Below, in pieces: positions 9,814 to 19,513 of a stretch of DNA of 64,000 bases. Source of the stretch: an uncultured virus (IMG/VR IMGVR_UViG_3300030109_002631) (taxonomy: Duplodnaviria > Heunggongvirae > Uroviricota > Caudoviricetes); the IMG/VR virus record IMGVR_UViG_3300030109_002631, positions 1 through 64,000 of that record; one strand, given 5' to 3'. The translations under genes were made by a program, and so were the position numbers. Under the pieces are notes generated by a model that was not told where the DNA came from, did no database searches, and saw nothing but the letters and a program-made list of their open reading frames with translations. The stretch's first letter is position 1. Every line of letters begins with the position of its first letter.

Positions 9814-12800
9814 TTACCTTCCCATGCCTCGTGCCTTTTTATACGGGTTTATTCCGATTTGAGTTCTATTGCTGGACATGTTACCAACAACCAATTCACT
9901 CACCTGCATTGATTGAGCACCCTGCATAGGTGCGCCCTTCTCAAGGCCACGTGCTAATATATCTTCCGTTCTTCTATTATTTAAAACTTGCCCCGATTGG
10001 TTAGGAACAAACAGCTCTGGGCCACGTTCTCCCACTAAATATGGACCTCTTTGACCTAAAGTACCACCAGATTGCATACCTGTAACGTAACCACCCGTAG
10101 CAAGTCCCGGTATTAAACCTACGACATCTTTAGCAGCTTCTGCTGCACTCTTTAAGATATTAATTTTATCAACTAACTTAACTATTCTATCCACAGTATC
10201 CGTTACAAACCCTGCTATTGTTGCTTTGAGGTCGTGGAAACCTTGGCTAATACTAATTCTACCTATTATCATCTCGTAAATAGTATGAAGTACATCGAAT
10301 ATACTTCCGAATAAATCTTTAACAATACCGAAAACTGTTTGGAAGACTGCTATTGGGAAACTTATAGGGAATAATAGTATATCTTTTAATAATTGAATAA
10401 ATGATTCAGGTATCATACCTACAATAGTAGCTCCTATTTCTTTAATCTTATCAACTAATGCTGCAACAGCAAATGCCAGTACAGCACCAAGTGCCATGAA
10501 CTCATTACCAAACTTGTAAATAAATGGGAAAATATAATCTTCATAAACTTCAGTTATTTTATCACCAATAGCTTGGAAAATACCTCTGAAACCATCAATC
10601 ACTATACCTATTACATCAAATTCTTTTTGAAGTATATACAAACCAGCTACAACAGCCATTATACCAAACAATAACCATCCTACTAGCGGAATAGCATAAA
10701 TACCAGAAGTTAAAGCCCATGTAGCTGCTGTCATAGTATACATCACAGTTTGATAAATAATACCTACTGAGGCGAAAGCTAAGAAGGTAATTGTAGAGAA
10801 TGATGTTACTGCCACTAATGCACTTTTTGCCAGCCATAATGCCCATGTTGCGATTGTTGAAGCCGCTGTTACTAAAGCATCGTATATCTTAGTTGCAGTA
10901 TTTGTAATCATCGTACCTATTTCAGTTAGCGTGACTCCTATGTTTGTAATCTTCAAAGCTATACTTTCTGCTAAAGTTAAATTCTGACCTTGAGAAATAG
11001 CTAAGTTAGCTTCTGAGGTCAAAGTTGCAATACCTTGAGTATATATCTCCATTACTGTTAGTGTTATTAAACTATAACCAGCTGCTATTCTTGAATAAAT
11101 TGTAGATAATGATAAATTATCAACCATCCATTTTCGCGTTGTAGTTAATATACTGGTGTTGACGACAGCTTGCTCTGTTATCTCAACTCCCATTTTTTCA
11201 GCTATAGCTGCTGTTTGCAATTTTGTAGCTACTGCTGCATGAGTTTGAGCTATAGCGTTAGCAGTCTGTAATACACTTGTAATAGGTAGTATTTTACTCA
11301 ACATATGTAAGTATAAAATAAACTTAGTTCCTTCTGGTCCTATTAAAGTTAAAAAGTCTAAGATTATTTTGAGTGGAATAGCATATAATTTTAATAATTC
11401 TAAATTGAGACTTCCTGCTTCAGTCATATCTCTTATAATTGTAGTAGCCTGTGTCATTAACTCTACTAACATGTAGATACCTTTGACTGCTACATCTTGT
11501 ACTTGCTGACCGAACGCAGTTAAAACATAACCAGTCTCAGTTTGTACTACAAGTAAGTCTGAGAGAGACTCAACAGCCACAACAACAGCTTCGTGGAAAG
11601 CATTCATGAATTGTGTTCCTTCATAATTAGCATCTCTCATAAAGAATATCATTTCAACATTGTTTTTCAATATTTGTATTTGTGAACGCATCGATTCGTT
11701 CTGGATTCTAACCATCTCATCTAACTCTCCACCAGCATTCCTACTGTCTTCGACAGCTTGAGTGAATTCATCAGACGCTTGAACTAAGTGGATAAACGCA
11801 GTTGCACCACGCACATTCAAGTCTTGAATCAAAGCCGTTAATAGCTCTGTATTGTTTACAGTATCTTCTCCTACTACCGCAGCAAAGTCAGCTGCTATCT
11901 CAGTTAACTGCTTCATACTACCATCAGCATTAAGGATATCTATTCCCATTTGTCTAAAGGCTGTGCTATTGTCCTCAGCTCCTTCAGCAAACTCTGCTAA
12001 CGCTTGTCTCAGACCACGCCCTGCAATACCTGCCTCCAAAGCTCTATTAGTCAAGACCTGTAAAGACCCTAGTAATTGGTCTATACTTTGCCCTGTGCTA
12101 GTAAAGAAAGGTAGAGCAAATTTAACAGCGCTTGATAAATCTTCATACTCTATAAGAGATTTCTGTATAGCATGCGCAAACTTATCTGTTACTTCCGCAG
12201 CCCTATTTGCTTCCATTTCGAAACCGAATAAAGTCTGAGTCGTTAACTTAGCGATTGTATTGTGGTCACCCTGAACAGCCATAGATAACTTGAGCGTTTC
12301 TGGTAAAATCTGCATTGACTCATCAGCGCTTAAACCAGCCGATGCTAACTGATAAAGACCAGTGGCACCGTTCTGCATGCTGAGACCGAACTGTTGTCCG
12401 AACTGAGTAATAACATTAGACGTCTCAAATAGTTCGTCTCTTGTTACATTAAACACAGAATTTGCATTGAGTAACTCTGCTTCGAAATCGATTAATGCAG
12501 AAGTTGCTTGATTGAGCTCATAATAAAATCCAGTAAGAATTGAAACAGATTCACGCACTGCATCGTTAAAGCCCTGTTTGACAGTAAAAGATAAATTGTG
12601 TAAATTTTGAGCTACTTCAACTGATGCACTGGATAACTCTTTTTGAGCTTGTTCATAATCAAAAGTAGCCCTACGAGCATCTCTTTTAGCATCAGCATCT
12701 GCTACCGTAGCTTCTTTTACCTCATTCATAGCTACAGATAATTTACCTCTTGTAAATGTAGCTAAATCACCTAAACCTTTTTTCAAGTCTTGTGCTGCGG

Positions 12801-13491
12801 CTAAGTTCATTTCTTTACCTGCTACCGAAGCTTCAGCAGTTTCGATTTCCTTCCGTAGAGTTGCTACATCCGCTTCAATCTTATCCTTAGCATCACCCTT
12901 AGCACCTTGGGCTGCCGCTTCAGAAGCATCTAACTCGGCCTTTTTCGCATCTATCAATTCCATGGTAGCACCTATACTTGCTTCAGCGTCAGCTACAGCA
13001 GTTTTTGCAAAATCATGAGCTGCTTTGTGTTCAGCAGCAGACATTTGACCCCAGTTACGAACCATCTGCTCAGCTCTCTGAGCTTGATTCATTGTTTCTG
13101 TAATACCAGCGGTTAGTTTACCACCAACATCAGGGTCTAACTGTTCTAAAGCTTTAAATGCTCCCCCTAATTCTTCTCCCTGTTGACCTAACTGACGACC
13201 AAACGCTTGATGTAAGGCTTGACCGTTCGCTAATGATTCAGCAAGTTGTGATTCAAGTATTTTATTAACATTTGCTTCAGCCGCTATGACTCTTTCACCC
13301 GCAGCTTTTGCTGCTTCTCCAGCAGCCGCTGCCCTGTCTTTCATTTGACCTAAAGCTACAGAATTAGTTGTATTATAAATAGCTTGGATACCTTTCGCGA
13401 GCAGACCACCTTGAGCTTGCATAGCCTTTGGGCTAGGAACTGCTAACCCTACCGCTACACGCGCTGCAAATATCTGCCCTGCGAAACCCAT
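9814..13491 (-). CDS. Tail tape measure protein
   Basis: 1225 aa, Ala-rich coiled coil. TP901-type core (GLYQLASAGLS...AGRGLRQAL), hydrophobic region, and C-terminal GPYLVGERGPELFVP motif. Confidence 0.92.
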   Translation of the reverse strand: MGFAGQIFAARVAVGLAVPSPKAMQAQGGLLAKGIQAIYNTTNSVALGQMKDRAAAAGEAAKAAGERVIAAEANVNKILESQLAESLANGQALHQAFGRQLGQQGEELGGAFKALEQLDPDVGGKLTAGITETMNQAQRAEQMVRNWGQMSAAEHKAAHDFAKTAVADAEASIGATMELIDAKKAELDASEAAAQGAKGDAKDKIEADVATLRKEIETAEASVAGKEMNLAAAQDLKKGLGDLATFTRGKLSVAMNEVKEATVADADAKRDARRATFDYEQAQKELSSASVEVAQNLHNLSFTVKQGFNDAVRESVSILTGFYYELNQATSALIDFEAELLNANSVFNVTRDELFETSNVITQFGQQFGLSMQNGATGLYQLASAGLSADESMQILPETLKLSMAVQGDHNTIAKLTTQTLFGFEMEANRAAEVTDKFAHAIQKSLIEYEDLSSAVKFALPFFTSTGQSIDQLLGSLQVLTNRALEAGIAGRGLRQALAEFAEGAEDNSTAFRQMGIDILNADGSMKQLTEIAADFAAVVGEDTVNNTELLTALIQDLNVRGATAFIHLVQASDEFTQAVEDSRNAGGELDEMVRIQNESMRSQIQILKNNVEMIFFMRDANYEGTQFMNAFHEAVVVAVESLSDLLVVQTETGYVLTAFGQQVQDVAVKGIYMLVELMTQATTIIRDMTEAGSLNLELLKLYAIPLKIILDFLTLIGPEGTKFILYLHMLSKILPITSVLQTANAIAQTHAAVATKLQTAAIAEKMGVEITEQAVVNTSILTTTRKWMVDNLSLSTIYSRIAAGYSLITLTVMEIYTQGIATLTSEANLAISQGQNLTLAESIALKITNIGVTLTEIGTMITNTATKIYDALVTAASTIATWALWLAKSALVAVTSFSTITFLAFASVGIIYQTVMYTMTAATWALTSGIYAIPLVGWLLFGIMAVVAGLYILQKEFDVIGIVIDGFRGIFQAIGDKITEVYEDYIFPFIYKFGNEFMALGAVLAFAVAALVDKIKEIGATIVGMIPESFIQLLKDILLFPISFPIAVFQTVFGIVKDLFGSIFDVLHTIYEMIIGRISISQGFHDLKATIAGFVTDTVDRIVKLVDKINILKSAAEAAKDVVGLIPGLATGGYVTGMQSGGTLGQRGPYLVGERGPELFVPNQSGQVLNNRRTEDILARGLEKGAPMQGAQSMQVSELVVGNMSSNRTQIGINPYKKARGMGR

Positions 13492-13493
13492 AT

Positions 13494-13790
13494 TTATCCT
13501 GTTATATCTCCGAAACTTACGCTTCGCTTCTTACCAACCATTTCTTCATATTTAGCTCGTTTCTCCATGTACTTATTGTAACTACTTCGAATTGCTGGCT
13601 TGTTTTTAGCCATAGAGCTAACATCATTCGCATCATAACCATCCATAGAATGAAAATCATCGTACTCGTGCATGGCTGCAAGTAAACCTTCTAATTCCAT
13701 TCGAGATGTTCCTTTAATTTCTTCCCAACTCATCCCCAATCCCTTCATTAAGGGAATGTAGACAAGGACCGCATCAGGCGATTCCGTCAT
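13494..13790 (-). CDS. Tail assembly chaperone, downstream (gpT-like) part
   Basis: Lies between tail tube and TMP, in the -1 frame relative to the upstream ORF, with a slippery heptamer at 13799-13805. Confidence 0.7.
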   Translation of the reverse strand: MTESPDAVLVYIPLMKGLGMSWEEIKGTSRMELEGLLAAMHEYDDFHSMDGYDANDVSSMAKNKPAIRSSYNKYMEKRAKYEEMVGKKRSVSFGDITG

Positions 13791-14167
13791 CAGATTGTAA
13801 AATTTTCTTTCACAGCTCCTTCGACACCCATTATCTTATTGGCTATTTGATATCTTAGGGTAGTAGGTAATCCCAACCAATGTTCCTTGGTTAGACATGG
13901 TCCCTCTGGGTTTTTTTCATTTGCTTTTTCTATCATTTTTAAACATCGCTGTGAACCCAATTCCTGATACATCGCCATTTTATCATCTTCGGATGTATTA
14001 GGGCCTAGATTTTTAAACTTAGGTTCTTCTGCTTCTGTTAATTCACAAAATTGAAATTTCACTAACTTTCCACGATATTCCAATTCTTCTTCTTGCACTT
14101 CATCAGTAAGTGCTATTAGGTCATCCATTGACCAAACTTCTTCTTCTATAACTTCGTTTTCTGTCAT
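13790..14167 (-). CDS. Tail assembly chaperone (gpG-like)
   Basis: Acidic 125 aa ORF in the canonical position, GGAG SD; ends ...GAA AAT TTT ACA ATC TGA. Confidence 0.75.
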   Translation of the reverse strand: MTENEVIEEEVWSMDDLIALTDEVQEEELEYRGKLVKFQFCELTEAEEPKFKNLGPNTSEDDKMAMYQELGSQRCLKMIEKANEKNPEGPCLTKEHWLGLPTTLRYQIANKIMGVEGAVKENFTI

Positions 14168-14187
14168 TTTTTTCTCCTTAAAGAAGG

Positions 14188-14204
14188 AGGGGCTTCAAGC
14201 CCCT
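14188..14204 (-). terminator. GC-rich hairpin after the second tail tube gene
   Basis: Inverted repeat AGGGGCT-TCA-AGCCCCT followed by a pyrimidine run on the minus strand. Confidence 0.4.
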
Positions 14205-14213
14205 ATGTCTTCC

Positions 14214-14843
14214 TTAAATGTTTGCGCTTGTGGTTGCACCAGTAATATCAGCTGAAGCTCCAGTTGTAACAAGTGGACTTACGTATGACATAAATTCAAT
14301 TGTTTCTTCTTGAGTCCCATCAGCGTTAATAGAAACTGTGTGAGCCTGAACGCAGTTGTTAGGGATAGTAAAAACTTCACTACCACTTTTCAAAACTACA
14401 TGTATTCGATATCCGTAAGAAATATTACTGCTGACTTTTTGTAAGCTAGGCATTGTAAGCCCGTCTGACAAACTGTCGCCTACAGATGAACCAGATACTC
14501 CGTATCTTGCTCCGCTGTATATTGATTCCATAACGTTATCGTTCTTTTTCTTCGTTAAGGTCACAGTAGTTTCTTTCTTAATCTCGGCTTTGGTTGTAGA
14601 ACGAATACCAAAATAGGTAATGTCTTCATCCACGGCTCCGATTGAAACATCTACTCCTGTTACATCTGAGGACCTGTTTCCTGAAGTACCACTGTTAAGT
14701 GGAAGGAAAGCAAGTGAATCGCCTGAACCAGACGTTAATGCTAATGCACCATTCGCTGTAACATAAATTCCTGTTGCTGAAGCTCCTGAAGGTGCTTCTG
14801 TTGTGACATATACTTCTACGTCTCTTCCTAAAAAGTAAACCAT
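14214..14843 (-). CDS. Major tail tube protein, paralogue 2
   Basis: Starts MVYFLGRDV and shares DVTGVDVSIGA.DEDITY.G and YGYRIHV.LKSGS motifs with the upstream ORF; lies upstream of the chaperones and TMP. Confidence 0.75.
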   Translation of the reverse strand: MVYFLGRDVEVYVTTEAPSGASATGIYVTANGALALTSGSGDSLAFLPLNSGTSGNRSSDVTGVDVSIGAVDEDITYFGIRSTTKAEIKKETTVTLTKKKNDNVMESIYSGARYGVSGSSVGDSLSDGLTMPSLQKVSSNISYGYRIHVVLKSGSEVFTIPNNCVQAHTVSINADGTQEETIEFMSYVSPLVTTGASADITGATTSANI

Positions 14844-15559
14844 CAGTAACCTGCCTGTGTTGTGAGAGTGTTGTTAATATTATTACCAATGCTGTGTAAT
14901 ACACTTTGATTGGTTGTAAATTCTAAACTTTCTTCCGTAACACCATCTGCATTAAGTGATACGGTATAACTTGTAACTGCACAATTTGGTATCGATAGTG
15001 TTGCAGTTGTTCCATCGGTTGCTGAACCTGATTTCAACTGAACATGTATACGATAACCATAACATACATTTGTAGTTCCACTAACTATAATATCTCTGGG
15101 ATTAGCCAGTCCAGCACCTAAGTATGGAGCAGTAGCTGAACCTGTTTTATCAAGTCCCCATCTTGCACCAAAAGCTTGGTCTGCACTGAAATTCTCCAAA
15201 GAAGTGTTGTTAGTAGGACCATTAAATATAGTGCCCCATACATCATCTTTCTTCTTGTGGGTGAGTGTCACTGTTATCTCTTTCTTTTGTTCGACTTTCG
15301 CCGTACCTTTTTGACCGATATAAGTGATATCCTCATCCATAGCGCCAACGCTAATATCTACGCCTGTCAAATCTTGTACTATACCGTCTCCCCCACCGAA
15401 AGAAGCGAAAGTGCTTCCAGCCATATCGGCTGCGAATTTAATGTGGGTACCAGCTGCTCCTGAGACACATTTGTTAGAAGCTACGCTAACATTGTCCCCT
15501 GCGACATCTGATTCAGTACTGATTGCGACATTTACGTCTCGTCCTAGGAAATATACCAT
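14843..15559 (-). CDS. Major tail tube protein, paralogue 1
   Basis: As for paralogue 2; has its own BRE/TATA promoter at 15631-15644 and a GGAG SD. Confidence 0.75.
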   Translation of the reverse strand: MVYFLGRDVNVAISTESDVAGDNVSVASNKCVSGAAGTHIKFAADMAGSTFASFGGGDGIVQDLTGVDISVGAMDEDITYIGQKGTAKVEQKKEITVTLTHKKKDDVWGTIFNGPTNNTSLENFSADQAFGARWGLDKTGSATAPYLGAGLANPRDIIVSGTTNVCYGYRIHVQLKSGSATDGTTATLSIPNCAVTSYTVSLNADGVTEESLEFTTNQSVLHSIGNNINNTLTTQAGY

Positions 15560-15630
15560 TATTATTTTCTCCTTGTTTGTCTAGACATCATTCAAGACAT
15601 TCCACTCGTAGATTAATTTACCTCGACTTC

Positions 15631-15644
15631 GTATATAAAGCTTT
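15631..15644 (-). promoter_or_regulatory. Archaeal BRE-TATA promoter (AAAGCTTTATATAC) for the tail tube operon
   Basis: The same or a near-identical element recurs on the minus strand at ~19498, 28046, 30592, 34118 and 39748. Confidence 0.7.
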
Positions 15645-15649
15645 CCCTA

Positions 15650-17311
15650 TTATCTCTTATATTCGTTACCCCATTTGGCCACAAATTTATTTCTGGATAT
15701 TAAATAGGGGGATACTTGTAAACCTAAAGCATCTTTTTTAGTCATCCACTGACTTGGTCTTTCATTCCATATACCATGGTCACCAGCAGAAACTATTTCA
15801 GCTTGCTGACCCATGCGAGGCATGTTAGGTCGTATATCTAATCTGCTATTAGGGTTCTGTCCAGTTTTATATTGCCAAGCATCTCCTTCTCCTTTTATAG
15901 CAGCATTATGGAAAGCTATTTCCTTTCTTCTCCACTCTGCGTATAATGCGTCAGTTTCTTTAAATGCATTATTATACCATCTTTCAAACTTTCTTCTATT
16001 ATCTGGATTCTTAGCCCAGTTTTCAATCTGAGTGTGTAAAGATTTAGCTATTTGAGTTGTAGTCATTGTTTGAACTACTTCTGCAATTACTGCTGTACTG
16101 TCGTCTACCATTTCTCCAATGGCTACGTCTTGTACTCCTCCTATCGCAGCTATTCTACTTGCAGTTTGAACAGCTAAATTAGCCAAACCTACATCGTCTA
16201 AAAATTTAAACGTTACCGTATCTAATTTATGTCTACTGGCATATTGATTATATGCTGCTGCTAAACATAGAGCAGAAGTAGCTACTACTCCATCAGGGGC
16301 TACCTTTTTAAATGTAACAGAAGGTATAACACTTAGGGCTTTACCTTTTATATTTTTAGGAGTTAATGTTATGATTGCTGTATATCCAGAAGCACCAATA
16401 GGTTCTTGAAATACGAACATATTATGAGTGAATGTAGCATTAGGATTTCTAGCCATTAAATTACCAATACCAATAAAGTTAGCTAATACGTGTTTACCAA
16501 AACCTTCTAAAGACGTGGTTCCGAGGTTAGTAGTTACTTTACCTTCGTAGGCAGTGCCTTTGAATACATCTTTTACAACTCTGGTAGTTTTATCCATTTC
16601 ATAACCTATCTGTCCAAATTGGTCATTCATGTCTTGAATCTTATCTAATATCACTTGTTCTATCTCATTTAAGGTGCTATCATCTACCTGAACTACATTT
16701 GCAAATTCTCCAGTTAAATATTTAGAACGAGTACTATCTGTAACATCAAGAGCATAAGCACTAGTTTTAATAGCCTTTCCTACTTCCCCACCAGCTAACT
16801 CTCCCATCAACTCAACTGCCATCATACCTTCTAACGTAGTTTTTTGATGGTCTAATGCATTGGATACTCCTATATTCCCTAAATCTTGTAACACTTTAGA
16901 ACTCTGGAATTTCTTTTGTATATCTGGTGGCATTTGTTTCATAATCTCAAAGTTTTGTATTTCACCTTCTATGGCTGTAGCAGGAGGGTTACTAAAATCT
17001 TTACCTTTGTAATCTAACATATCAAATATTCGTTGAGCCATTACAATTGATTGTTCTTTAGTAGCAGGTAAGATACTTTGTTGTAAACTATTCCATCCCC
17101 TAAGTTTATCAAAGTAATTCTGAGCAAATTGATGATATGCTGCATCTCCTCCTTTATCCGCAGGAGTTAATTGAAATCCCTTTCCTGATTTACCTACTGC
17201 ATTTTGTAAAAGCATCTCAGTTTGTCGAACTGAGGGAAGATAGGGACTTGCTCCCACTGAAAGTGTTTTGAAGTGGTCTTGTATTAAAAAACGGGTTGTG
17301 TATGAAGCCAT
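15650..17311 (-). CDS. Uncharacterised morphogenesis (neck/tail completion region) protein
   Basis: Long ORF between the putative tail terminator and the tail tube; likely start MASYTTRF at 17311. Confidence 0.6.
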   Translation of the reverse strand: MASYTTRFLIQDHFKTLSVGASPYLPSVRQTEMLLQNAVGKSGKGFQLTPADKGGDAAYHQFAQNYFDKLRGWNSLQQSILPATKEQSIVMAQRIFDMLDYKGKDFSNPPATAIEGEIQNFEIMKQMPPDIQKKFQSSKVLQDLGNIGVSNALDHQKTTLEGMMAVELMGELAGGEVGKAIKTSAYALDVTDSTRSKYLTGEFANVVQVDDSTLNEIEQVILDKIQDMNDQFGQIGYEMDKTTRVVKDVFKGTAYEGKVTTNLGTTSLEGFGKHVLANFIGIGNLMARNPNATFTHNMFVFQEPIGASGYTAIITLTPKNIKGKALSVIPSVTFKKVAPDGVVATSALCLAAAYNQYASRHKLDTVTFKFLDDVGLANLAVQTASRIAAIGGVQDVAIGEMVDDSTAVIAEVVQTMTTTQIAKSLHTQIENWAKNPDNRRKFERWYNNAFKETDALYAEWRRKEIAFHNAAIKGEGDAWQYKTGQNPNSRLDIRPNMPRMGQQAEIVSAGDHGIWNERPSQWMTKKDALGLQVSPYLISRNKFVAKWGNEYKR

Positions 17312-17313
17312 CG

Positions 17314-17844
17314 CTATCTTTCGTTCTTGAAGACTATCACCATAGTGGCCATGGCTGCCCAAAGTTCCAATTCAGGATTATATCCTACATCTTGAAATCC
17401 ACTAAAGATGCGCTGAACAACCTCCGTATCTGTTGCAGCTTCACTACCTATAAAATCACAATCCATAATGACATTAGCGCAATTAATCATGAGATAATTA
17501 AGCAATCTTCTTTCTTTATAGGGCGCCCCACTAACCGTAATAGAGCTATCTCTATCTACAGCTATATGCACTCTAAAGCCTACTCCATATAGCTCTCCTT
17601 TCTTTTCAGAGCCACCATATGTAATATTCTGTCCCATAAATTCTTCTTGGATACCATTAGCAATCATCTCAGTTATTATACACGGATATTTTGTTTGGTC
17701 AGTTGTTGGGAATTGTCCGAACACTGTAACGTCCGTAGTATCCCATGCTGAACCAGAGCCTATTCCTGCTGTGGTATTATATGTTCCATCTCTTAGATTA
17801 TCTATGAGTTGTCTTTCTAAGTTATTAAGGTGGTCAGGTGCCAT
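17314..17844 (-). CDS. Putative tail terminator/completion protein
   Basis: 176 aa with a KYPCIIT motif, in the position typical of gp17/gpU-like proteins. Confidence 0.55.
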   Translation of the reverse strand: MAPDHLNNLERQLIDNLRDGTYNTTAGIGSGSAWDTTDVTVFGQFPTTDQTKYPCIITEMIANGIQEEFMGQNITYGGSEKKGELYGVGFRVHIAVDRDSSITVSGAPYKERRLLNYLMINCANVIMDCDFIGSEAATDTEVVQRIFSGFQDVGYNPELELWAAMATMVIVFKNER

Positions 17845-18797
17845 TAGTCCTCAGCCCTCCTACGTGCATCGTCCCGTCCTTTTGTTCTAACACAATTGAA
17901 GATAATATAACCATCAGTCATGTCTTTAAGGGAATGAACGTGCCATGAAACAGATTTGTAGAAATCTACTTCTTTAATTTGTACTGTGTTAGAAGTTGCA
18001 CCATATCCTGTATAATTAAGTTGAAATAAATTGATATTCTTTTCATAGTCATAAGTTCCTCCTACAGTAACTGCATAACGAGTTCCATCTCTATAAATAC
18101 TACTTGCTGTAGTGCCTGAAATAAATGGTAAATCTATAGTGAGCCAAGAACCACTTGGTATAGTTAAAGAGGTGGGTGTATATGTAAGTGTTTCAGGAGC
18201 TACATTAGTTGATGTTCCTGAAGTAAGTGTAAGTGTAAAATTAGTTTTAATTTTGAATCTTAATCTATCTGCTTCTAATACATTTTTAGATGTAGCAGTA
18301 TATCTTATATAACCATTTCCAGTTAGTGTATTGGTTATTGATTCTCCATCGCTAGTTATAGCACCAGCATCAGTAGACCAATTAGTTGTACCTGTAGTAG
18401 AAGGACTGAATACACTACGATAGTTCGTAATGAGTCTATCCCACCCTTCAATTTCATTAAAGTTAGTATTGTCGTCTTGGTCAAAATTAGAATATTTTTT
18501 GATAGTTTTTAGATTAGGAGTGTACACACGAGCTGCACCAATGATATTATTACCATATCTTTCTTGAGAATAATCTGCTGTTATAGCAGGTCTAATAATA
18601 GCTGGAAGGTCAGGTAATAAAATCTCAGGACTACCTACTGTCCCAGAAGGAACACCATAATCATCAGTTTTATAAATAGCTTGTCTGTGAAAGGTAACGT
18701 ATTGAGCTTGTTCGGTTCTATAACGAAGAGCACGAAAAACCCTATTCATATTAAGAGCTCCGGGCCGAACTCCTTGGTTACCAATCAAACCCGGCAT
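17844..18797 (-). CDS. Putative head-closure (stopper) protein with inserted beta-sandwich/carbohydrate-binding domain
   Basis: N-terminal VTFHR...TDDYG.P motif resembles head-tail joining proteins; position in the operon fits. Confidence 0.5.
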   Translation of the reverse strand: MPGLIGNQGVRPGALNMNRVFRALRYRTEQAQYVTFHRQAIYKTDDYGVPSGTVGSPEILLPDLPAIIRPAITADYSQERYGNNIIGAARVYTPNLKTIKKYSNFDQDDNTNFNEIEGWDRLITNYRSVFSPSTTGTTNWSTDAGAITSDGESITNTLTGNGYIRYTATSKNVLEADRLRFKIKTNFTLTLTSGTSTNVAPETLTYTPTSLTIPSGSWLTIDLPFISGTTASSIYRDGTRYAVTVGGTYDYEKNINLFQLNYTGYGATSNTVQIKEVDFYKSVSWHVHSLKDMTDGYIIFNCVRTKGRDDARRRAED

Positions 18798-19261
18798 TAT
18801 AATCCTCCAGTATTCCTCGGTCTAGGATACATTGTCTCAGTTGAGTCAACACCTTTAACGTTCTTCATCCAGTTGACATCACCAGTCCATGGGTTAGCGT
18901 TGTAAGTAGTTGTTTTAATACTGAGACCAAGTTTCATAATTAATTGTTGTTCAGCTAATTCTTTGAAATGTATATATTGGTCATTCTCATAATAAACAGC
19001 TAAATCACCAACTTGGATTCGTTCTATTCCTACACCATTCTGTGCCATGGAAGATAAATAACATGTGTAATACATAACTGCATTATCATAAGTATTGTTA
19101 CTATTTAAAGTAAATGTAGTGCCTGTATTTTCAGCAAACCATTCAGCAGAAATATTAGCTAAAATATCTAATGTATCGTTATCTAACTCTTCTTGCTCAA
19201 TGCCCGCTAACAAACGGACTCTATTACGGAATGTTGCATTCCATGAAATACTTACCGGCAT
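18797..19261 (-). CDS. Putative head-tail adaptor
   Basis: 154 aa; VRLLAGI..EELDND and IQVGDLAVYY patterns typical of gp15/gp6-like adaptors. Confidence 0.6.
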   Translation of the reverse strand: MPVSISWNATFRNRVRLLAGIEQEELDNDTLDILANISAEWFAENTGTTFTLNSNNTYDNAVMYYTCYLSSMAQNGVGIERIQVGDLAVYYENDQYIHFKELAEQQLIMKLGLSIKTTTYNANPWTGDVNWMKNVKGVDSTETMYPRPRNTGGL

Positions 19262-19476
19262 TAAATTACTCCCATCATCATAGCTCCACTACCTGTAGCA
19301 GCGGTTACAACGATACCTACCCACCATCTCATTTGGGCCTTTATGTCATTCTCCCATTGTTCATGGTGATGTAAGTGGTTGGTAAAGAGAGTCTCAAACT
19401 TCTCCATCCGGTTGAATACCGTTTTAATTCGTTCATCCACACGGATTAGAAGTTCGTCGCGCTCCTGCACCTTCAT
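19261..19476 (-). CDS. Small coiled-coil membrane protein (XhlA/holin-like)
   Basis: MKVQERDELLIRVDERIK...WWVGIVVTAATGSGAMMMGVI; ATG at 19476 lies just downstream of a TATA at ~19500. Confidence 0.55.
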   Translation of the reverse strand: MKVQERDELLIRVDERIKTVFNRMEKFETLFTNHLHHHEQWENDIKAQMRWWVGIVVTAATGSGAMMMGVI

Positions 19477-19513
19477 ATATAATTTAACCCCGTTCTTGTA
19501 TTTAAAGCTTTCC

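Noticed and set aside
14214..17311. Contractile tail sheath
   Set aside because: No sheath-like motifs; the tube-chaperone-TMP layout fits a non-contractile tail
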